The notes under the pieces are model-generated. The model ran no database searches. It was not told the origin of the DNA and saw nothing but the letters and a program-made list of their open reading frames with translations. A stretch of 64,000 nucleotides of DNA from Heteronotia binoei (Eukaryota): contig NC_083241.1 in assembly GCF_032191835.1 (NCBI RefSeq), forward strand, positions 6,944,001-7,008,000, in the 5' to 3' direction. Shown piece by piece: positions 36,950 through 49,484 of this stretch (position 1 is the first letter of the stretch; each line of letters opens with the position of its first letter). The position numbers and the translations under genes are program-made.

Positions 36950-37950
36950 CCGAACGAGGGGTCTTGAATTTATCATCCCGCGCAGTCCCTCTCTGACCAA
37001 TCAAAAGAGACGATTCCTGCCCTCCCCCACATTTCGCTACGCCGCGGGCTGAGGCGACTGGGGGAGGGGGGGCTGCAGCGCGAGAGAGCCTTTCGTCATT
37101 GCGAGGGAGGGGGCGCGAGGAGGAGGAGGAGCACGAGAGAAAGAGCAGCCAATCAGAAGGAGAGCCAGCTTGTGGCTCGCGCTAGCCAGCTGCTTTAACT
37201 AAAGGCCTTTAAAAAAAACACACACACACACAACCACGACGGTTGGGGTGCGGACAACGGGCGGGGGAGTTTAAAAAAAAAAACAACAACCAGGGGAGAA
37301 AGTCGACGAACCAATCGCCGCCCGACAGAAGCGAGCCAGAGCGGCCAATAGGGTGGAGGGGAAAGACGAGCCAATGGGAGAGAGCCGCGGGCGCAGGCGC
37401 GGAGCGCGACGGCGAGCGCGCGCGCGCCGGAAAGGCGCGCCCTCTTCTCCCCCCCGTCCCCTCCCTCCCTCGCTGCAGCAGAAGCGGCTGAGGGCGGCCA
37501 TTTTGTGCGGCTGAGGGCGGCCATTTTGCGCTGCTGGGTAGGGGCGGCGGATGGGGGGAGGGGACGAGGCTTCGCTCAGAGACGGTGAAGACGGGCAGAG
37601 GCTTCCCTTCCCTCACGCACACGGCGCAAGATGGCCGGGGAGGCAGCAGCTCGCCGCCCGTGCTCCCCGGACGCACCTCCGCCTTCACCTCCCTCCCGAC
37701 GCCCCTCGCAGAAACCCGCCCGGCCTGAGGCTGCTCGGGGGCTTCGGCCGGGCCCGGGGAGGGTCTCCGGTCCTCCTCGGGGCGGGAAGGGAACGAAACG
37801 CGCCCGGGGGGTCGTTCGGGGCTCTCCCCCCCGCGGCCCCGCGCCCTTCCCCGGGTCGGGGTTCGAGTTCGGCGCGGCCGCCGCTCCTCGGCTTCGGACG
37901 GTGAGTCTCTCTCGCCCCTTTCTGCCGCCCTCCGTGTTCTCTCCCCGCCA
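36950..37950 (+). promoter_or_regulatory. CpG-island promoter of the CHASERR-like lncRNA
   Basis: Very high GC/CpG; CCAAT at 36997, 37149, 37311, 37345 and 37371; NRF1-like GCGCAGGCGC at 37391; YY1-like GGCGGCCATTTTG at 37493 and 37516, AAGATGGCCG at 37628. Confidence 0.9.
37450..37900 (+). ncRNA. CHASERR: CHASERR-like exon 1 (TSS inferred)
   Basis: Donor ACG|GTGAGT at 37900/37901 at the edge of the CpG island. Confidence 0.75.
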
Positions 37951-38284
37951 TTGTCTCTTTGTCCTTGGCCAGGGAAACGAGATGTCCTTGGAGGGGAAGG
38001 AGGGAGGGGGGGGGGGGGGACCTGAGCTCTCTCTCCCCAAAAAACGGCCCTGCTTTTTATTCCCAGGAAGGAAAGATCCGCCTCGACCTCGTTTTCTTTA
38101 CTGGGGGGCGGGTGGGGAGCCTCTGTTCGAGTTTGGGCTGCATGGAGAACTTTCTGGGTGTGTTTTTGGGGGGGGGGTGGGGAGGAGGGGGTTGGTGTCT
38201 GGCAGTCAAGTGGGGAGAAAGGAGCACCCCCCCCACCACCCACCCAGTTCTTCTCGTTCCTTTTTTTGTTACGTGGAAAGAAAA

Positions 38285-39370
38285 GCCCCCCACCCAAGAA
38301 AAAAAAACACCAAAAAAACCACTGGGTGGCTTCCTAAAGTCCGCATTTTGGGGGGAGGGAGAAGTCTTAACAGTCAAGTTGGGAGAGGGGGAAAAAAGCA
38401 GGGCTCGCCACCCTCACCCCAATTCCAAATTTTTCAAATTGCAGTGCTTCTCATTCCTTTTTTATTTTGTTTTTACCAGGGAAGGAGCTCCCCCCACCCC
38501 AAGAAAAAAAATAACGGGTGGCTTCCTAAAGTCCGCATTTTGGCGGGTGTGTGTGTTCAAATGTTGACGTTCAAGTTGGGAGAAAGAAGCAGGGGCTCCC
38601 CACCCCCCAATTCCAAATTTTCAAATTGCAGTGCTTCTCATTCCTTATTTTTTTATTTTGTTTTACCAGGAAAGGAGCTTCCCCCACCCCAAGAAAAAAA
38701 ATGGGTGGCTTCTTAAAGTCCGCATTTTGGCGGGTGTGTGTTCAAATGTTGACATTCAAGTTGGGAGAAAGAAGCAGGGGCTCCCCACCCCCCAATTCCA
38801 AATTTTCAAATTGCAGTGCTTCTCATTCCTTATTTATTTTTTTTTTTACCAGGAAAGGAGCTTCCCCCACCCCAAGAAAAAAACAATGGGTGGCTTCCTA
38901 AAGTCCGCATTTTGGCGGGTGTGTGTTCAAATGTTGACATTCAAGTTGGGAGAAAGAAGCAGGGGCTCCCCACCCCCCAATTCCAAATTTTCAAATTGCA
39001 GTGCTTCTCATTCCTTATTTATTTTTTTTACCAGGAAAGGAGCTTCCCACACCCCAAGAAAAAAAATGGGTGGCTTCTTAAAGTCCGCATTTTGGCGGGT
39101 GTGTGTTCAAATGTGACATTCAAGTTGGGAGAAAGAAGCAGGGGCTCCCCACCCCCCAATTCCAAATTTTCAAATTGCAGTGCTTCTCATTCCTTCTTCT
39201 TCTTTTTTTTAACCAGGAAAGGAGCTCCCCCCACCCCAAGAAAAAAACAATGGGTGGCTTCCTAAACTCCGCATTTTGGCGGGTGTGTGTTCATATCTGA
39301 CATTCAAGTTGGGAGAAAGAAGCAGGGTCCCCCCCTCACCCCAAGAAAAACACACACAAAGAACGGGTGG
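38285..39370. repeat. ~185-bp tandem repeat, ~5.5-6 copies, in intron 1
   Basis: GGGTGGCTTC(C/T)TAAA recurs at ~38324, 38517, 38703, 38888, 39068 and 39252. Confidence 0.9.
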
Positions 39371-42289
39371 CTTACCATTCCGCATTGGGGGGGTGCGGCC
39401 AGTGAAAAACAGGACCCAATCCTGAGTGGGGGAGATGGAGAATTGCAGGGTTGCTCGCACCCTTTTTACGTGGGGCTTGAGGGGTATCCTAAAGCTTGGA
39501 CGCGGTGGGGGTGCCCCAGATTTGGGTTGGGGGGTGGCGGTGGCGAGTAGGGGGCACTTGACAAAAGGACAGAGCCTTGGAGGTGGCTAAAAATGGATTC
39601 CAGCACCCCCCCCCAAAAAAAAACCCCCACACAGTTAAAACATTGCCTCCCCCGTTAGAAGAGTTCCCCAATAGGTATGGGGCGGGGGTACTAAGCAAGG
39701 ACTCCTGGTTGTAGGAGGCGAACATAACGTTGAAGGATATTGATGTCGAGCCCCAGCCGCCATTGGAACTGCAGTTCTTCTTCTCCCCCCTCCCCGTCTT
39801 TTGCAGCACTATTGGGGGGGAGAGCTTATGACACCCCCATCATATAGGATACTTTTCCCCTAATGGAGACCCAAAGATTTGAGTGTGGGCTTTCTGTAAA
39901 CACTTTACTAGGTTGGATTCTGAAGAGCTGGCAGTATTTTTTTTTTCAAATTCCAATGCAGTATTTTTGTATGGGGCAAAATAAGGTGGGGATCTGCAAG
40001 TTGAGACAGCACCCCCCCCCCAAAAAAAAATTCATGGAGAGAAATGAAGGTATGCCGATTCCTTATACATCTGTCAAAGTCCTGAATACTTTAATGGGTG
40101 GTGATGGTTCTCTCTTGCAGCTGAAGGGGAGAAACAACCATGTCTACTTTTTTGTAAGAACAAAAGACGCCATTCTCTCTGTCTCAGATATAAAAAACTT
40201 GGGTTTTGTATGTAGGGTGTTGGCTTTTAACGCCTTCTAAACCAGTTATAGAGAAGTGAACTACAGGAAAAAAAGTTGATAGAGCATTCTTTTTAAATAA
40301 AAGAATCTCTAAAAATGAATTTTGGAGTGCATTTTAACCAGAAAGGGTGGATAATGTGTTGTATTTTGGGACTTCAGATTAATTATTTGCTATGAACTTC
40401 TTTAAATACACAAACATTTTGTGTATTCCAGTTAAACAATTGAATGCACTTCTATATTGGAATAGGAATCCATGGTAAAAGGAATTGCAGTTTTAAAAAT
40501 GGGCTGCACTGACTTTAAAATAACTACGTAGAACTAAGGGCATTTTTAAAGCGTTACTGTCAGTTTTTGTATTAGGCATTTTGATTGTGAGATAAATTTG
40601 GTATTCAGTCTTCTAAGAATGCCTTGAATTTGTAAGAAAACTTGAGATGGAATCTTTGGCACTTGTTTTTCCCTTGGTTTGTTGAAGTTAGCAAGTTTGA
40701 CATTCAGAGTAATTTTCAGATGCCTAGACTTTGCAAGGTACGTCTTTAACTGGCATTTCTGAGATTAAGGCATAGTCATATTTGTGCAGTAGATTGACCT
40801 AACTAATTAGTCCAAATTCTAAAATTTTCATTTTCCTTCTGGGGTTTTGGACCATGAGTGACATGAGGAGTGTACTGTTGAAGAAAGTTCTAGCACAGAA
40901 CTGACTTCTGCTATATTTTTAGCCATGCTGGCAAATTTATTTTTCAAAGGCTTTAGACCTTATTGGCTGTGTAATTAGTTGAAACCAATACTGGTCTTGC
41001 AGAAAACACCATTGTAGGAGTAGTTACTTAAAAGGATTAGTATTATTCTTATCAGTTTGAGTTTTAAATGCTTTGAGCATGGACTTCGATTTATTCTTAA
41101 CAAGATGGAAATATTAACTTGGTTAAAGCCTGTTGGGAGTAAAGTTAACTAACCAACTTGTACTCTAGTGTAAGAAAATAGGACTGAAATCAGTGTAACA
41201 CTACCTTCTGTTATATGTGTAACTGGTTCTAATATTGGCTTCAAAATGTATCCATTGTGTGATCTGTGCCATGTTTTCTGTAATGAGACAGTGAAACTAA
41301 GATACATTGATGGAAAAGCTTATAGTGTCTTGTGTATGGCTGGAAACAATTTTTTTGAAAAAATGCTTAATTTAGAAATATAGTTAGCATTATTTTTCTC
41401 TTACTAATGCTTATTAAAGTTCACCACTTTGTAAATACTGAACATTTTTAAATAATTTTTTTATTTAGGTATTCGTTGAATGCTTATCCCTGCGATAACT
41501 GATGGCTTTCGGATGAACTATAGAATCTGTTCCCAATAGGTGAGAATAATTTCAAACTCATGTTAGTGTATTGTTTGCCTCTAGCTTGTGACCAAGGTGT
41601 CATCCATTTTATACAGTTTTCCTGAATAAGAGGAACACTATATCCCCTGTTCAAACTAAATGCAAACTGATTATTCATAATTTAGTTTATTGCTAAATTT
41701 ATATTTTTTAAAGAAAACTAATATGCTCATTATAAATATATTTGGGGAAAAAATCCTATTGATTTTTGTGGAACATATTTCTGCACTAAATAACTTACGT
41801 TAGACTCCTAAGCTGAGTTGTGCCTTTCTTAGCCCATTGATGTAATTGGAAGGGTGTAATTATTTTTAGGATGGGTCACTGTCACAGGCAGCTATTGTGA
41901 ATGTATTAAATAAGCCTAAAGAAAGGGGGAATTGCTTCCAAATAAATCTTTTTGATCAGGATGTTCATGTGTGAATGTTTTTTTTAAAAAAAAACCTCAA
42001 GCTGGGAAATAAGGAGGTAGGCAGACTTAAGTATGCTCTGTAACTTTTAGAAAGTTACATCATGCTTGCATAAATGTCTACACAGGGAGTTAAGGACTAG
42101 GGACTTGTTCATACTCTTGTAAATAGCTTTTGTAGCTAAACACCTGCTAACTTCCTTGGGTTTAGATAGTTCGTTTTAAATGTGTAACTGATATGAAGCT
42201 GAATTGTAGCTCAAAATTACCATTAACACCCTTTTTCTTAAAAAAGGTGACATAGATTTTTGAAATAAACCCATGTTTTCTTTTTAAAG

Positions 42290-42366
42290 ATTGCTTTGGG
42301 TTCTGCCCACTGGGCATTCCTTATGGTGGTAGAAGAGGAAATGCAGAATCCTGTAAACTAATTCAG
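42290..42366 (+). ncRNA. CHASERR: CHASERR-like internal exon (77 nt)
   Basis: Acceptor TTTTCTTTTTAAAG, donor CAG|GTACGT. Confidence 0.7.
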
Positions 42367-43511
42367 GTACGTTTCACTTCTAGTCAACTCCGTGGATACC
42401 ACAGGTGCAGTTACGGTCTCCTTCGTCACAGCCCATAAGCTTTTAATAGAATCTCAGTTTCCATTTATAATTGAAGAGGTCCTATTTCTGGTGCATTAAT
42501 CTGAACACTTTGCCAGCCCTTGCTTTTATGTATTAAGTGAGTAGGAGTGTGCCAGTATTCTTTTAGCGTTAGAAGTAAGACTAGCTGAACAAAAAGTAAC
42601 GTTTAGTGTTCAGCACTTGCGCCCAATTTGACTTTTATATATTAGCTCAGTACTTATACCCCAGGGCTTTAAGGAGGGTTGAATGTGGGAGGCTGAAACT
42701 GAGAGATGGGGGCTTATCTTAAGTCCAAGGCCACCACAGTGCTCCTGTTTGAATTGAGATGTTACAAAGAGACTTCCAGTTTATGCCTCATATTCTAAAC
42801 CATTGTTCTTGTCCCAGATCTATGAAGGGCATCTTCAGAGTGTTTTTTTCTATTTGTGTTATCAGTGTTATCACACTGCAGTCCTGATGTTCCCTTTGGT
42901 CTTATGTTCTTTCCTGTTTAATTCAAGACTGTAATTGAAGAGTTGGAATGTGCCACCTTAATATGTTACGTAGTATGAATATCAAATGGAACGGATGTGC
43001 TTCGCATGGAATGCACAATTTGGATTCCAAGTCTTAAGTGGATTCAAAATCAACAAACCTCTTTTTACAGTTTAGCAACTTGGTGAAAACCATCAGTATT
43101 TGTTTGAACCTATAGCAAAACACTCTTTCTTTGCTCAGAAATAACTTTGCTAGGAGTATGTTGGAATTTACTAGCACCTGGTTTTAATACATGTTACCAC
43201 TTAATGTAAGTAAAGGTCAGTTTCTCTTTGCTTATGTCAGAAATTTTGTCAATATGTACAGCACATCTTGTATACACTGAATACTTGAGAGAATTCACCT
43301 AACTTGCAGCGTTGTCAAGTAAATAATTTGATGGTATGATAACTTACACAAAGCTAGCGAAAGACATCATTTCATAAAATGGAGGCTAAGAATTGAGACC
43401 CATTGAAAAAAAAATCGGTTATTGTTTTGGGAATACTTTTGTCCTGTACATGAATGACTTCAGAACTAAGTTCTAAGTACATTTGCTTGGAAGTAAATCT
43501 TCACATTATTT

Positions 43512-43734
43512 AGAGCAAGAGAGTCCAGTAGCACTTTAAAGACTAACAAAATTTGTGACAGGGTATAAGCGCTCGTGAGCCTCTGCTCACTTTTCAGACA
43601 GTATCTGATGGTGTCTGAAGAAATGAGCAGCTACTTGTGGAAGTTCATGCCCTACCGCAAATTTTGTTAGTGGTGCTGCTGGACTCTGGCTCGTTTTCAG
43701 CTGCTACGGACTAACAGCTACTTGTCTTGATCTA
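43512..43734. mobile_element. Penelope-like element remnant, inverted pair of terminal repeats
   Basis: 43512-43599 and 43613-43700 are imperfect reverse complements of the reptile PLE-type tail (GAGTCCAGTAGCAC...GACTAACAAAATTTG). Confidence 0.6.
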
Positions 43735-45176
43735 TGTAGAAGTTCACTGAAATCCTATGAGTTATGTACTCTTACGCCTAGTGGCTTTGGCAAAGGTGTA
43801 ATTCTGCATAGGATTGCGCTGTTAGTCTTCCTGTTTAATCTAAGATGATGACATGATAGGGTATGAGTACCATTGATAATTAGTCTTGCAAATGTAAGTG
43901 TTTCTGCTAGTTGAGGTTAGATTTTTATGTTTTCCTTGCTCAAAAATGGTTAAACTTCTACTTTTAAAATGCAGCTTGCATTCCTTACACCCTTCCTAGT
44001 GCGTATTATAGTGCCGGAGAGCAATGTTACAAGACTGGGTAGACTGGTTTTCTGCTGAGTTGGAATCATGGAAATTGCAGAAAACTTTGGTCTTTGAACA
44101 AATTCCTTTATAATTGTAGTTCACGGTAGGATTCTACCTTCCTGCAGTACCTGACAAACCCTTGAAAAATGCCTGGATTTAGGAACCTGACCAAAGTGTA
44201 AAGCGCTGTTACGTGTAATTCAGCAATTAAATAGCATCCAGGAATTTAGGTGAAGAGCAAATTATTAGTTTATGAAATCAGACATTGTGCTTATGTCAGT
44301 GGGACTCCTGGCAATCATTTGAAATCAACAAAATTTTGAGTTTTATTTCTACATAAAATGCTTTAATTTACCTGGGCATGTGGTATTGGTACCCTGTTTT
44401 AGTAATAATACTACTTTCTCCAGAATGGTGTTAACAAGATCCTAGTGCCTGTAGCTTCCTTTTTGGTAAGGTTCTACTTTAACATATATGTGGCTGTATC
44501 AAAGAGAGTAGCCACTTAATAAGGTTAAAAAGATCATACTAAAATGTATTCAGTCTATCATTATGCTTTATCTACTAGTTCAGTTTCTGCTCTTGAAGAG
44601 TAAAACTTGAATCATAACGCAACTACTTTAAAATGTCAGTCGAAGTTGCAGTTTTGTGTCTTTACCTGTAAGTCCCATGAAAATTCCTTCCTGAACATCC
44701 TTCAGGAACAGCATGCTCTGGATCAGGAGTGTGTCATGTTTGATGTAGATTGCAATGGGAACCCCACCTGTTCAGCAAGCCCAGTGTGGTTTTTGGCATG
44801 CTGCTGAATTATACATTCGCTGACTCTTGGCAACATACTGAATCCGGAAGTAATAGATATGCTAATATAAGCGTTGCTTTGAGAGTTGCATGTTGGGAAA
44901 GAAATTCAGGAAATGTAGGTTTTAAGAGGACTGTAATATGTTGGCCACAGATGACACTGGCTCAGTCATTGGTTGAGAGTATCCAATATATATGTATCTA
45001 AAATAAACCAGACTGTGTTATTTAATATGAACAACCTAAAACATGAGGCTAGGATCTGCATACTTAAAATCATGAACAAGTTTTGTTACTAGGTTCCTAA
45101 GGTATTTTGTATTTGGTTAAAATGACTGGCCTGTTGGAAGATTGTGTTGGGAGTAGACAGTGAGTCCCTATTAAGA

Positions 45177-45516
45177 CAGGGCTCCCCCACCTTTTAAGCT
45201 TTGTGAGCACCTTTGGAATTCTCACATGATGTGGTGGATGCAGCCACAGAATGGCTGCTGCAGGAAATGGAGCCAGCCACAAAACAATTGCCTCAGCTTA
45301 ACTTCAGGCCCACAGTGAATATCCTTGATCTATGATGGCAGTTGCTGCCGCACCAGCTCCTTTAAAATTTACACAGCAAGTCAGATCTCCGGTAGCCAAC
45401 CAGAAGCCAAAACTGAACCTGGCCCCGCCTACTTCTAAAAAACCCCCACTTGATGGGTGCCAGAAAAGATCTGTGTGGCCACCATGGTACACAAGGACAA
45501 ATTATTGGGGACCCCT
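45177..45516. mobile_element. Old Charlie-type MITE
   Basis: CAGGGCTCCCCCACC start, TTGGGGACCCCT end; internal similarity to 15727-15940. Confidence 0.5.
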
Positions 45517-46152
45517 ATTTTAGGAATTAGGTTAAATAGTAAGAGGTTTGGCTTTCATTCCTGAGTTTAGGAAGAATTTCAGGACAAGCTGTATCTGTTT
45601 AAGTACACTCTGAAGTACATTTTTAATGGGCTGTTTTAGCTCTAGATGATGGCAAACTATTTGATGACACACCAGTTTATCTAGGGTTGCACTTTTCTTT
45701 ACAGCAAAGCATATTTGTTTTTAAGAAGAGGATGATTAAAAATGGAAGCAGTATAACTAAGAGCAATTGGCTCTCAGCAGTCTAATGCTGCATCAATAGA
45801 ATGGAGATGATTCTAATGATTTGCTTCCAGGAAAATTAGGGCTTGAAATATTCTCTTGCTAGTCAAGAGCACTTATAACAGAAGATACGTTTCCAGGCCC
45901 TAGATTATTATGTCGGTTATAAACTGATAGCATCAGAGAATTTTAGATTATGTTTTCTGAATGATTAAAATCATTATGCTTGGCTCATAATGCAAATGAC
46001 AATTGATATCAAATTTAGACTGCATTCTTGAATGTAACTAAATCAAAATTGTTGAAAACATCAGCTTATTTGAGTTAACATCCATAAACATGACTGTCCT
46101 AATGGTGAATTTAAGTTGACTCATTTAATAGCATATTAAACTTTTCCTACAG

Positions 46153-46204
46153 ATAACATTGATGGATTGAATGTATTTCATACCTGATGCAGGCTGAAGC
46201 ACTG
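46153..46204 (+). ncRNA. CHASERR: CHASERR-like internal exon (52 nt)
   Basis: Acceptor CTTTTCCTACAG, donor CTG|GTAAGT; stops in all three frames. Confidence 0.7.
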
Positions 46205-48915
46205 GTAAGTTATTGTCTTAGTATGTTTGCATGTGACTTGTGTGTTTCCGTAAATGTACGTGTTGCAATTCTTTTCACTGAGCAAGTCTCCAGAAGTAAA
46301 AGATGTAGATTCAATTTAAAAATATTTGCAGTTAGCCATTCATTCAGGATAATTTTAGTAGAATTAAATCACAAAGCTTTGCTTGGATTAAAGTATTCCA
46401 GGCTCCAATTAGGCAAATCACGTGTGTGAATACTTCTGAAGTTCTCTGTTTACATTCAGTGGGTTAGAGAGAAGGGCTGAACAGGGACTCTTCTTTGTAT
46501 GTGTTAGTTTTATATGTGTGGCAAAGTTTAGTACGGGGAGCATTCATACATGTGATTTCTCCCACTTGCAGCCTGGAAGTAGCTTGGTTCACTTGGTTCT
46601 GCTGACGTGTATAAGCCAAGAGATTTGTAGCAGTTCAGGTATGCATTAATTTAACACAGAGGTTGTAATCCACTTTCTACTTAAGAGGAATGCTAAAGTT
46701 GTTGATGAGAGGTCTGTCCAAAATTATTCAGGATTAAGTAGCTAAACTAGTTAGCATAATCAACCAGCCTATTATCTCATGGAACAGGAAGCAGGTATAT
46801 TAATATAAACCTCCACAAATTTTCTGTGGATCTAAAAGCCAGGCCAGGGGTCCAGCTCATTTAGGAACCAGGGTTTCATATTTTAATGGCTGCTTTCTAA
46901 TTATTTCTGCCATAAAAACAGATCCCAACCTCTTCACTACAGTGTTGAAGTGCATAAATATGTGGGTTAATCATAGTTGTCACCACAAAGAGTTAGCTAT
47001 CCCTAGCCAAACTTCTCTCCAGTTTTTCATAATTCCAGTGTAGAAAGCAACTGGTTAAGAACTGAATTCACTCACCACCACTGAATAGTGTAAATTTAAG
47101 TTTGTGTGTACACGGCCAAGGACAAGAACTTCATACTCCTGTTTCTATCATATGACTAAATGTTCTGATGTGAATTGACAAGTAAGCTTTGGGTTGAATT
47201 TGGCCATCTTTTTGGTTTGATCTTGGCCAATTCCTCATGTTATTATGGGTCCTATTCTACATGGGTTCTGATCGTATGGGTCTTCTGGCCCCAAATAGCC
47301 TTTTTAGTGGCCAGAGAGAACACTTTCCTTTGTTCACCATTGAAGAAACAGATTGAGTTCAGCCCTTTGTAATTCTACTGAGAATTGCTGAGACACTACA
47401 ATGGACTCATGGTTGAAAATGCTATGCACCACAGTGACATTTGTAGGTGGCATGGAGACTTGTCATATGGGATTTGTCAAGCTCTGTATTAACACTGTTT
47501 CTTAAGATGTATGAAGTCCAGAGTTCTCAAACGATCTCTTAAAAAAAAAAAAGTCAAGAGTACTTTTTGTACCTTTTGCAAATAACAGATGTAAACATTT
47601 CATGGTAACTGGTATGCCACTTTATAAAAGAAGGGTGATGTGAATATAATGTTTATATAAAGTTCATGCTTTGCTTCCTTTATCATTTCCTCTGGTCTAA
47701 GGTTTCTAATTTATTTATTACTTCACATTTATATCCCGCCCTCTCTGCAAGCGGACTCAGGGCGGATTCTTAAGATGTATGGAGTCCAGAGTTCTCAAAC
47801 GATTTTAATAGTATACTACTTTTTTTAATAGTATACTAGTGTTCTAGAGTATAACAGTTTCCAAATATGTGAAGGTATGTTGTTACATCTGGAGATGTGG
47901 TGAAACATTTTTTCAAATGAAATTGATTCTACTTCTCAAAATTGGGCTTATGGTTGCAGAACACAAGCAGTGCCTTGTGCGAGATAGTTACTTTAAATAG
48001 TATGGCATGGGGCTTGCCTCTTATGGCCATTCGTCCACATGGAGAGATCACTCCAAGGTGAAGCCTAGTGTTTTCGTAACTCTCCCAAGCCCATATGTAG
48101 ATCACTCTGTTCCTAGGCTCCTTGGAGTTGCGCTGAACCAAACAGCTCTGGTGTGATTTTGTTAAAAGAGTGTGCATAGAAGTAGGTCTTGATGTTGTCT
48201 GTCTTAATGGCAGCATTCAGGCTTTCGTTACATCTTTCTAAACTTGCCCTGTGTGGCATTTATTAAAGCTCACCCTTTCCTCTATGCATTATAGACCTCA
48301 ATTCCAGCATCTGAAGATAATGTTGGTGTTTAGCATATTACTGTCTTAAATGTGTTTATTTAAACAATCCATTTGTTTTGATGGTCCATTGATTTCAGCG
48401 AAGTAAAGTCACTCAACAGAAGTTGCAGGTTCAAAGTGTAAAATGCTTTCTGACTTGAATATTGTTCTATTCTATCAAAGGACTTTTATGTTACCAAACG
48501 TTACACAGAACTGTGACCTTGATCCAGAAAAGAAGGAATCTTGTGACAATGAAAATAACTCATTTATTGTGTCACAATAAAATCTCCCAGTTTTTAAGGT
48601 GTCACAAGACTCCTTTTTGTTCTTGCTACACTAGTGTAACACTGTTCCCTCTCTGAAGTTTTTATCCAATAAACCAAAACTCTACATGGCCCCTTTATCC
48701 AATAAGAATGGCATGTTCCAGTAATATTCTTTCTAGACCAGCAGGCTTCAAACTTTCTACCTTAAGGAACATCCTTTGTACATTGTGTCTGAGAGAAATT
48801 CCTTTGATCGCCAGTGGATTCTAGGACATGTTCTAGGGGTAAAGCTCACATAAAGTACTAGCCAGGCCTATGGAGTCTCATAATTGCCTACATTAACTAA
48901 AAGCATGTCATAGAA

Positions 48916-49484
48916 CAGGGGTGTCAAACTCATTTGTTATGAGGGTCAGATCTGACATAAATGAGACCATGTCGGACTGGGGCATGTCAGGCCGGGCCAT
49001 GTGCGTATCTATTTAAGATTTGGTAGAGATAAATTTTATTTAAAAACCCCCAAAAGTTAAAACATGCTTAAAATGTTAGCACTCATTGGTCTTAAAAATG
49101 CTTTCTTTGTATTTCTCCCATGGGGACAAGGGAACTGGGCAAAGGAAGCTCTGGCTCTTTCCTTCCTTTCCCAGGGCACTGGGGGGGGGGGGTGGAGGAG
49201 CCTCAGCCAATAGAAGGAAGAGAGGCTTGGCTCAGTAGCTCTGTTGGGCAATTGAGAGAGCCTGGCAAAGCAAGCTATTCCTCCCCAAGGGAGGAGCCTC
49301 AGCCAATGGAGAAAATAGAGGTTTTGCTCTGTAGCTCCTTTGCAGTTGAGCAAACCTTGCAAAGCAAACTGTTACGCAGAAGGAAGCAAGATATAGGAAG
49401 CAGATGACAGCCAGTTGCTCAGGGGCATGATAGAAGCCCTCCGGGGTCTGATTTAGCCCCCGAACTGCATGTTTGACACCCCTG
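48916..49484 (-). mobile_element. Charlie-type MITE (same family as 9672-10283)
   Basis: CAGGGGTGTCAAAC / GTTTGACACCCCTG, perfect 14-bp TIR. Confidence 0.85.

Noticed and set aside
37209-38716. Long ORFs of 362 aa (-) and 361 aa (+) over the CpG island
   Set aside because: GC-rich, stop-poor sequence gives low-complexity P/R/G/A peptides; the + ORF runs through a consensus donor at 37901 into the intronic tandem repeat.
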